A stretch of 64,000 nucleotides of DNA from an uncultured Candidatus Saccharibacteria bacterium. Its GTDB lineage: Bacteria; Patescibacteriota; Saccharimonadia; CAILAD01; BJGX01. The translations under genes were made by a program, and so were the position numbers. Location of the stretch: the NCBI GenBank assembly GCA_964610335.1, contig CAZSVP010000001.1, positions 223,442 to 287,441 of the forward strand, in the 5' to 3' direction. The stretch's first letter is position 1. Each line of letters begins with the position of its first letter. The notes beneath the pieces were generated by a model that saw only the letters and a program-made list of their open reading frames with translations, did not search any database and was not told the origin of the DNA. Positions 57,300-64,000 of this stretch are shown piece by piece.

Positions 57300-57947
57300 A
57301 TGAATATCCAAGAAGGAATTATTTTAATCAACAAACCGCGCGGGCGGAGTAGCTTTAGCATGGTGGCGCAGGTCCGCCGGCTTAGTGGTATCCGCAAGGT
57401 TGGTCATGCCGGCACACTAGATCCTGAAGCAGAAGGATTACTGATTGTGCTGGTAGGTAAAGAGTACACTAAGCAATCTGATAAGTTTCTCAAGCAAGAT
57501 AAAACCTACGAATTTGACCTGAAACTAGGTGAAACTAGTACTACTGGAGATATGGAAGGGAAGAAGAGTACTGTATCGAGCAATTCGCTGGCCAGCGAAC
57601 CCTCAAAAAAGGCCATTTTGGACGTATTGGAGTGTCTACAAGGCACGATTGAACAAACTCCGCCCATTTATAGTGCTATCAAGGTGGGTGGCCAGCGAGC
57701 CTACAAATTAGCCCAAAAGGGTGAAAAACCGGATCTCAAACCCCGAAAGATAACAATCAACAGTATTGAGCTCCTTTCGTATAAGTATCCAATTGTAAAG
57801 ATTCGAGCCGATGTGAGTAGCGGTACATATATAAGAAGCCTAGCCGAAACTATCGGTGAGCAGCTTGGCACTGGTGCTTATTGCACAACTATAGTGCGCA
57901 CGCGGATAGGTGAGTATCAATTGTCTGATGCTGTGGCACTTGATTAA
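57300..57947 (+). CDS. truB: tRNA pseudouridine(55) synthase
   Basis: GHAGTLDP catalytic motif. Confidence 0.85.
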   Translation: MNIQEGIILINKPRGRSSFSMVAQVRRLSGIRKVGHAGTLDPEAEGLLIVLVGKEYTKQSDKFLKQDKTYEFDLKLGETSTTGDMEGKKSTVSSNSLASEPSKKAILDVLECLQGTIEQTPPIYSAIKVGGQRAYKLAQKGEKPDLKPRKITINSIELLSYKYPIVKIRADVSSGTYIRSLAETIGEQLGTGAYCTTIVRTRIGEYQLSDAVALD

Positions 57948-57977
57948 GTCAGCGCGATCTGTTAGAATGGAGTAACT

Positions 57978-58244
57978 ATGTTGAGTACTACTGCTAAGCA
58001 AAAGCTTATCAAATCCCACAGCACCCACGAAGAAGACACGGGTAGCGCTGAGGTACAGATTGCGCTGTTCACTGAGAAAATAAATCAGTTGACAGATCAT
58101 CTCAAACTTCACAAGGGTGACAATCACAGTCGCCGAGGTTTGCTTGCTATGGTAAGCAAACGCCGTCGCTTGCTGGACTATTTGAACAAGAAAAGCCCAG
58201 AGCGGTATCAGGCTGTGTTGAAGAAGCTCAAGCTACGTAGATAA
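57978..58244 (+). CDS. rpsO: 30S ribosomal protein S15
   Basis: 88 aa. [10 protein letters not shown] and LKKHKKDHHSRRGLL-like motifs. Confidence 0.9.
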   Translation: MLSTTAKQKLIKSHSTHEEDTGSAEVQIALFTEKINQLTDHLKLHKGDNHSRRGLLAMVSKRRRLLDYLNKKSPERYQAVLKKLKLRR

Positions 58245-58396
58245 TTTAGTATACTCATACTAGTATTGAAAACTGTATAACTAAGGTACTCGATGTAGTT
58301 AGTAATAGAGTAAGCTGCTTAAAACTGTATAAGTTTTTGAGGTGCCCACTCTAGAACTAACATTATGAAAAAATCGAGTCCAGACAAGGAGAACAA

Positions 58397-60544
58397 ATGA
58401 ATATAATTCATCCATTTGGTGGCAAAACCGAATCAGTTGAGACTGAATTCGCTGGCACCAAACTAACTATGACCAGTGGAGACATGGCTTTTCGTGCCGA
58501 TGGCGCAGTACGCGTACAGTATGGTGACACTGTAGTGCTGGCTACTGCTGTGGTAGAGCCAAAGCCTCAGCCCGATACCGATTTCTTTCCATTACTAATT
58601 GACTACGAAGAGCGACTCTATGCTGCTGGTAAGATCAGCGGCAGTCGGTTTATGAAGCGCGAAGGCCGCCCAAGTGATCAAGCAGTACTTACCTCGCGCT
58701 TAATTGACCGTCCAATTCGACCACTGTTTCCTAAGGGTTATCGCAACGACGTACAGGTAGTTACTACCGTGCTAAGCGTTGATCTCGAGCACGAACCCGA
58801 TATCGTAGCTATCATAGCTGCCAGTACTGCTCTCATGCTTAGTGGAGCACCTTTTGAAGGCCCAGTAGCAGCTGCGCGCATAGGTTACATCAAACACAAA
58901 TTGGTGGCTATGCCTACAGTTACGGCCCAGAAAGAATCGAAGCTCAATCTAACTGTTGCCGGTACCGCCGAAGCTATCATGATGGTGGAAGCTGGTGCCG
59001 ATGAGATCGACGAAGATACCATGACCGAAGCACTCGATCTCGCTGTCAAAAGCTGGCAGCCAGTGATCAAGCTTCAGCAAGAGTTGGTTGAGAAGGTCGG
59101 CGTGGTAGCGAAGCCAGTTGATTTATTTACAGCTGAAGAAGAAGTGATCGACAAGGTAGCAGAGTACCTCAAAGATCGTTTGGGTGAGGCAGTTCGCAGC
59201 GAGAACAAGCAAGATCGTCATGAGGCTATTACTACGCTCCACGATGAGGTACTGGCCGAGTTTGGTTTGTTGCCAGAAGATGTTGAGCCAGATAGCAAAG
59301 AGCGCTATGGTCACCCGGATGTTGAAGTAGCTTTTGAGAAGGTAGTCGATCGCGAGCTGCGTCGCGCTATCTTGGAAGAGGGCATACGCCCTGATAATCG
59401 CAAAAATACTGAGATCCGACCAATTAGCTCACAAGTCGGCATACTACCACGTACCCACGGCTCAGCACTGTTCACGCGTGGTGCCACTCAGGCACTAACA
59501 CTCACTACTTTGGCTTCAGCCTCGGCAGCCCAGCTGATAGATACTATGGAAGAAGATGGTGAGAAGCACTACATCCACCACTACAACTTCCCGCCATTTA
59601 GTACTGGTGAAGCTCGTCCTATGCGTAGTACGGGCCGCCGCGAGGTAGGGCACGGCTACCTGGCCGAACGAGCACTTTATCCTATGATTCCTAAGATTGA
59701 GGATTTTCCATACACCATTCGCGTAGTGTCCGAGCTTCTGAGCAGCGCTGGCTCTACTTCGATGGCCAGTGTTTGTGGTAGCACCATGAGCCTGATGGAC
59801 GCTGGTGTGCCTATCAAAAAGCCAGTTAGCGGTATTGCTATGGGGCTTATGATCAATCATGACGACCCATCGCAGTACGTGATACTAAGTGATCTTCAGG
59901 ACGCTGAAGATTTTGCGGGCGACATGGACTTCAAAGTAGCAGGTACTGCCGATGGCATTACTGCCTTGCAAATGGATATCAAGATCAAGGGTTTACCACT
60001 CGAGATCATGGCAGCAGCGCTCAAACAAGCCAAAGAGGGTCGAGCCGAGATACTAGGCCACATGCTAGAGACTATCAAAGAGCCCCGCGCTGAGATGAGC
60101 CCATATGCACCACGTATTACTACCTTGCAAATCAATCCCGAGAAGATTCGCGAAGTGATCGGTAAGGGTGGCGAAACCATCCAGAGTATCATTGCTGAGA
60201 CTGGCGTGGAGATAGATATCAACGACGATGGGTTGGTAATGGTGGCATCAGCCGATCAGGCTGCTAGTAAATCAGCTATTGATTGGATCAACTCAATTGT
60301 ACAAGATCCTGAAATTGGCAAGGTTTATCAAGGTAAGGTTGTTCGTCTGATGGATTTCGGTGCTTTTGTCGAGATTCTACCGGGCCGAGAGGGCTTAGTG
60401 CACATCAGCCAGATTCGCGATGAACGGGTCGAGAAGATCACCGACGAGCTCGAAGAGGGTCAAGAAGTAGCTGTTAAACTTGTAGAGATCGATGACAAGG
60501 GTAGACTCAACCTATCCATGAAAGCTGCCAAATCCGATAAGTGA
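58397..60544 (+). CDS. pnp: Polyribonucleotide nucleotidyltransferase (PNPase)
   Basis: Two RNase PH domains plus KH and S1. 715 aa. RBS aaggaga. Confidence 0.95.
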   Translation: MNIIHPFGGKTESVETEFAGTKLTMTSGDMAFRADGAVRVQYGDTVVLATAVVEPKPQPDTDFFPLLIDYEERLYAAGKISGSRFMKREGRPSDQAVLTSRLIDRPIRPLFPKGYRNDVQVVTTVLSVDLEHEPDIVAIIAASTALMLSGAPFEGPVAAARIGYIKHKLVAMPTVTAQKESKLNLTVAGTAEAIMMVEAGADEIDEDTMTEALDLAVKSWQPVIKLQQELVEKVGVVAKPVDLFTAEEEVIDKVAEYLKDRLGEAVRSENKQDRHEAITTLHDEVLAEFGLLPEDVEPDSKERYGHPDVEVAFEKVVDRELRRAILEEGIRPDNRKNTEIRPISSQVGILPRTHGSALFTRGATQALTLTTLASASAAQLIDTMEEDGEKHYIHHYNFPPFSTGEARPMRSTGRREVGHGYLAERALYPMIPKIEDFPYTIRVVSELLSSAGSTSMASVCGSTMSLMDAGVPIKKPVSGIAMGLMINHDDPSQYVILSDLQDAEDFAGDMDFKVAGTADGITALQMDIKIKGLPLEIMAAALKQAKEGRAEILGHMLETIKEPRAEMSPYAPRITTLQINPEKIREVIGKGGETIQSIIAETGVEIDINDDGLVMVASADQAASKSAIDWINSIVQDPEIGKVYQGKVVRLMDFGAFVEILPGREGLVHISQIRDERVEKITDELEEGQEVAVKLVEIDDKGRLNLSMKAAKSDK

Positions 60545-60555
60545 CCCTAGACTAA

Positions 60556-60575
60556 CTACCAGCAAATGCTGGTAG
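60556..60575 (+). terminator. Hairpin ctaccagc-aaat-gctggtag after pnp
   Basis: Read directly. No strong T-run, so efficiency is uncertain. Confidence 0.4.
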
Positions 60576-60604
60576 TGAACTAGGCTCATTTGAGCCAATG
60601 GCTT

Positions 60605-61183
60605 ATGTCTGACAAAACAGATCAGCTAAACGTAGTAGCACAGCCAGTCTTAGACCGGCAAGTTGATATCGATATAGCTAAGAGCTGTCTCAATCCAGTA
60701 TTTGGAGAGGGCAGTGTCAATGCTGAGCTGATGTTTGTTGGCGAAGCGCCCGGCAAAGCTGAAGACGAGCAGGGAAGGCCCTTTGTGGGGGCTAGCGGCA
60801 AGTTTTTGCAGGAAATGCTTGAAAGCATTGGGTATAAGCGTGATGATGTGTATATCACCAACATCGTGAAGTTTCGTCCACCTAACAATCGTGATCCGTT
60901 TCGTGAAGAGATTGAGGCCTGCCTGCCATACCTTCTCAAACAAATCAAAGTGATCGATCCCAAGCTCATAGTATTGCTGGGGCGTCATAGTATGAACGTG
61001 TTCTTTCCAGAGCTTAAGATAAGCCAAGCACATGGGAAACCCGTCAGGAGGTCCGGCCGAGTATTCTTACCGCTTTATCATCCAGCCGCCGCGCTATACA
61101 ACGGCTCTATGCGACAAACACTGCACGATGACTTTCAGCTTATTCCAGAAATCCTAACAGCCATTGATAAACCAAGTAATTAA
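60605..61183 (+). CDS. Uracil-DNA glycosylase, family 4
   Basis: GEAPG...GRPFVGASG motif A and HPAAALYN motif B. Confidence 0.8.
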   Translation: MSDKTDQLNVVAQPVLDRQVDIDIAKSCLNPVFGEGSVNAELMFVGEAPGKAEDEQGRPFVGASGKFLQEMLESIGYKRDDVYITNIVKFRPPNNRDPFREEIEACLPYLLKQIKVIDPKLIVLLGRHSMNVFFPELKISQAHGKPVRRSGRVFLPLYHPAAALYNGSMRQTLHDDFQLIPEILTAIDKPSN

Positions 61184-61262
61184 GTTCGACAATTTGTATT
61201 AATTAACAATCAACCCGTCATCTTGAGACAAGTGAAGTACTTTCTAGTTCATTTATCTCAGG

Positions 61263-63455
61263 ATGACAATTAACCAAGGTGAATCTATCACTAACAAGGA
61301 GAACAAAACTAAAAACATGAATGACAAGATCAAAAGCCGACCACTAACTGCCGAGGATCTGGGCATGAGCGGCAGCAAAGCCAAACCAGCTACTCCAAAC
61401 CAAAGCAACAAACCGCGTCCGGTTACCAGTAAAACCGATGGTACAAATGCAGCCAAACCAAACAACCAGACACGAGCCGCTAAGCCAACTAGCCCAAATC
61501 AGCCGCGCAGCAGCAAACCTGCAGCTGGTGGTAGTCAAACCAACCAGAACCGCCCTCGACCAACGAAACCACCCTACAACAAGCGCGGCCCAGGCCAAGG
61601 TGGCGGTGGAGGACGAGGTGGCAATCGCAGCAATCCCAACAACATCCGTCGCGGTAACTCACCACGTCCTCGCGGCGGAGGTCGCCGTCCTACCACCTTT
61701 ATGAATGGTAGCTTCAATACTGGTAACAAGCCTAGTGCCAATGCCCAAAAGGTTGGTCTCACTAAAATTGATGCTGGAAAGCTCAAGATTGTGCCACTTG
61801 GTGGGTTAGGCCAGATTGGTAAGAATCTCATGGCCTTAGAATACGAGAACGACATTATTGTTATGGATATGGGTTTTACCTTTCCTGGTGAAGATCAGCC
61901 AGGTATTGACTTGATTGTCCCGGACATAACTTATCTAGAAGAGCGCAAGCACAAGATCCGTGGACACGTTATTACCCATGCACACGAAGACCATGTGGGT
62001 GGCATCCCTTTTCTATTACCCAAGATTCCGGCGCCGATTTATGCTGCACAATTTGCAATCAAGTTTATTGAACGCAAACTTGAAGAGTATCGACTAGATT
62101 TCAAGCCAGAGTTTCATACTATCGATCCAGAGAAACACGAGAAGATCCAGCTAGGCTGCTTTACGGTCGAATTTGTACGTATTACTCACTCTATCCCAGA
62201 CGCCTGTCTGTTAATTATTGATACACCAGTAGGTAAGATCGTAAATACAGGTGACTGGCGCTTTGAGCCAGATCCAGTCGATGGCAAACCGAGTGATATG
62301 GAGACTATCAAGAAACTTGGTAAAGAAAACGTATTAATGCTGATGTGTGATAGTACCAACTGTGAGGTTATTGGTTGGAGCCCGCGTGAAAAAGACATTA
62401 TGCACACACTAGATGATCTGTTTATCCGTAACTACAACAAACGCATTATTGTGGCTAGCTTTGCTAGTCAGGTCAATCGTATGCAATTAGTCATAGACGC
62501 CGCTGCCAAGGCCAAGCGTAAGCTTGTGGTGGTGGGGCGTAGTATGCTTAGCAACATGGAGCTAGCGGTTAAGCTTGGCTACATCAAGGTACCGACTGGG
62601 CTAATTATTAAGGCCACCGATATGAATCGCTTCCAGCCAGGAGAACTGCTGGTTCTATCAACTGGTTCGCAAGGTGAGGAATTTGCCGCTCTTAACCGTA
62701 TGGGTAAGGGTGAACACAAGGAAGTTAAACTCCAGAAAGACGATGTAGTAATTCTTAGTGCTTCAATTATTCCTGGCAATGAGAAAACAGTTTGGGCTAT
62801 GGTAGACAATCTATTTCGTTGGGGAGCTTATGTATACCAAACCTACACCAGTAAGTTCGATGAGCTTGGTGTAACACATACCACCGGGCATGCCTACTCC
62901 GAAGAAATCGAGGAAATGCTCAATCTGGTACAGCCACAATACTACCTGCCAATTCACGGTGAGTACCACCACTTGGTGCACAATAGTCGAATTGCCAAGG
63001 AAGTAGGTATCCCAGAAGATAAGATTTTTGTAATCGAAGATGGACAGACATTGGTTGCTGACTCTGCTGGAGTAAAGCTAGGGCCAAAAGTCCAGTCCGG
63101 TGAGATCTTGATTGATGGCGCGGGTATTGGAGATGTACAAGAGATAGTGCTCAAAGACCGCATAGCCATGAGTACCGATGGGGTATTTACTACTATAGTG
63201 ACTGTCAGTAAGAAGGACGGAAAGCTTCTCACTAGTCCAGACATCATCAGCCGGGGGTTTATCTATGTCAAAGACAATACTGAGCTGATTGAAAACGCTC
63301 GTAAGATCGTGCGCAATGTAATAGCTACGCGGCCACCCAATGTGCCTGTCGGCTCGCCAATCATCAAAGCTCGAATGCGCGATGAGGTAAGTCACTACCT
63401 GTACAAGATTACCCAACGTAATCCGATCGTGTTACCTGTGGTAATTGAGGTTTAA
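61263..63455 (+). CDS. rnj: Ribonuclease J (beta-CASP) with an N-terminal basic Gly/Arg/Asn-rich extension of about 170 aa
   Basis: HAHEDHVG metallo-beta-lactamase motif and beta-CASP region. The true start may be the internal Met at about 61318. Confidence 0.85.
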   Translation: MTINQGESITNKENKTKNMNDKIKSRPLTAEDLGMSGSKAKPATPNQSNKPRPVTSKTDGTNAAKPNNQTRAAKPTSPNQPRSSKPAAGGSQTNQNRPRPTKPPYNKRGPGQGGGGGRGGNRSNPNNIRRGNSPRPRGGGRRPTTFMNGSFNTGNKPSANAQKVGLTKIDAGKLKIVPLGGLGQIGKNLMALEYENDIIVMDMGFTFPGEDQPGIDLIVPDITYLEERKHKIRGHVITHAHEDHVGGIPFLLPKIPAPIYAAQFAIKFIERKLEEYRLDFKPEFHTIDPEKHEKIQLGCFTVEFVRITHSIPDACLLIIDTPVGKIVNTGDWRFEPDPVDGKPSDMETIKKLGKENVLMLMCDSTNCEVIGWSPREKDIMHTLDDLFIRNYNKRIIVASFASQVNRMQLVIDAAAKAKRKLVVVGRSMLSNMELAVKLGYIKVPTGLIIKATDMNRFQPGELLVLSTGSQGEEFAALNRMGKGEHKEVKLQKDDVVILSASIIPGNEKTVWAMVDNLFRWGAYVYQTYTSKFDELGVTHTTGHAYSEEIEEMLNLVQPQYYLPIHGEYHHLVHNSRIAKEVGIPEDKIFVIEDGQTLVADSAGVKLGPKVQSGEILIDGAGIGDVQEIVLKDRIAMSTDGVFTTIVTVSKKDGKLLTSPDIISRGFIYVKDNTELIENARKIVRNVIATRPPNVPVGSPIIKARMRDEVSHYLYKITQRNPIVLPVVIEV

Positions 63456-63500
63456 CTTAGTCTATGAATCATGACGATCACAAAGTAATCGGGGTAGAAA

Positions 63501-63758
63501 ATGATTGATGGCATCACCATACTTGGGCTGGTAGCTACCTTGTTTATCATTAGCGCGCAAATCCCACAGATATATAAAAGCTACATAACCAAAAGCACTG
63601 GTGATCTGTCGTTGTGGATGATCCTGTGGCTAATTACAGGCGTTGGTTTGTGGTTGCTATATGGGTTATTGCGTCCAGACTATGTAATAGTTATCTCCAA
63701 TACGCTTGGTGAGATAGCTTTGATAACCTTGTTGGCACTCAAGCTCAAATACAAGTAA
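63501..63758 (+). CDS. SemiSWEET (PQ-loop) sugar transporter, 85 aa
   Basis: IPQIYKSYITKSTGDLS PQ motif, 3 TM, C-terminal LKYK. Confidence 0.65.
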   Translation: MIDGITILGLVATLFIISAQIPQIYKSYITKSTGDLSLWMILWLITGVGLWLLYGLLRPDYVIVISNTLGEIALITLLALKLKYK

Positions 63759-63764
63759 ATATAG

Positions 63765-63793
63765 TTGACATATCAGGTATATTATGCTATTAT
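63765..63793 (+). promoter_or_regulatory. Consensus-like sigma-70 promoter TTGACA-N17-TATTAT
   Basis: Read directly, upstream of the GC-rich partial ORF at the window end. Confidence 0.45.
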
Positions 63794-63845
63794 AGTGCAA
63801 CTTCGAGAAGTCCTCGGAGAGAAGGCCAACAGGGAGGTTACTCAA

Positions 63846-64000
63846 TTGGCCAGCTCACATTACTATCCCGACAACGGCCCAGTGCCGGTTCGGATCCCGG
63901 GCACCCGGGAATGGACGTTGCGCGAGATCGAGCGTGATGCCAGGCGCTGCACCCAGTGCAAGGCTCGGCCACGCACGCTCTACTCGTACGACGACAGCTG
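63846..64000 (+). CDS. Partial GC-rich ORF at the window edge (start of another high-GC islet)
   Basis: Open frame to the window end. A TTG start lies 8 nt after agggagg. Hand-derived. Confidence 0.3.
   Translation, partial: MASSHYYPDNGPVPVRIPGTREWTLREIERDARRCTQCKARPRTLYSYDDS

Noticed and set aside
1-64000. CRISPR arrays, tRNA or rRNA genes
   Set aside because: I found no regularly spaced direct repeats and no tRNA-like cloverleaf or rRNA-like segments. The tandem motifs seen are short promoter-region repeats or coding low-complexity (GS-rich at about 14708-14815, poly-Pro at about 17857-17890)

Overview
This window reads as a low-to-mid GC bacterial chromosome segment with a small-genome, CPR/Saccharibacteria-like character. 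Its gene content is housekeeping, cell envelope and small membrane proteins: tldD and a partial pmbA, capA, msrA, msrB, two FMN reductases, rarA, dnaG, rpoD, polA, mutM, holA, rpsT, truB, rpsO, pnp, udg, rnj, sortase, LCP, ZIP, trhO, a Mur-ligase-like gene, an arginase-family gene, two K+ channel types and a SemiSWEET. The most striking feature is at least 12 short (0.3-1.9 kb), visibly GC-rich islets inserted between backbone genes. These lie at roughly 5.84-6.29, 13.1-14.16, 26.79-27.40, 28.1-29.16, 31.5-32.09, 38.04-38.77, 45.08-47.0, 48.95-50.06, 50.88-51.9, 52.75-54.39, 55.5-57.29 and 63.79-64.0 kb. They carry tightly packed small ORFs with GC-rich third positions, strong AGGAGG-type ribosome binding sites, frequent GTG/TTG starts and GC-rich hairpin terminators. 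This looks like xenologous cargo, plausibly from a high-GC actinobacterial host, phage or plasmid. Within the islets the strongest candidates for a new system are: (a) a divergent promoter pair sharing a perfect 38-bp palindrome, flanked by a Cys-rich 207-aa protein and two ~30-aa peptide ORFs (53.26-54.39 kb); (b) a recurring family of mini-proteins with one TM helix and a zinc-ribbon knuckle, plus tiny TM peptides (26.8-28.7 kb); (c) a lipoprotein and small-membrane-protein cassette bounded by related stem-loop repeats and 13-nt inverted repeats (45.1-47.0 kb); (d) a ~1 kb ORF-free, hairpin-rich segment (50.88-51.9 kb) that may be a structured RNA. Coordinates taken from the supplied ORF track are exact. 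Coordinates I derived by hand for small ORFs, hairpins and motifs may be off by 1-2 nt. GC differences are judged by eye, not computed.
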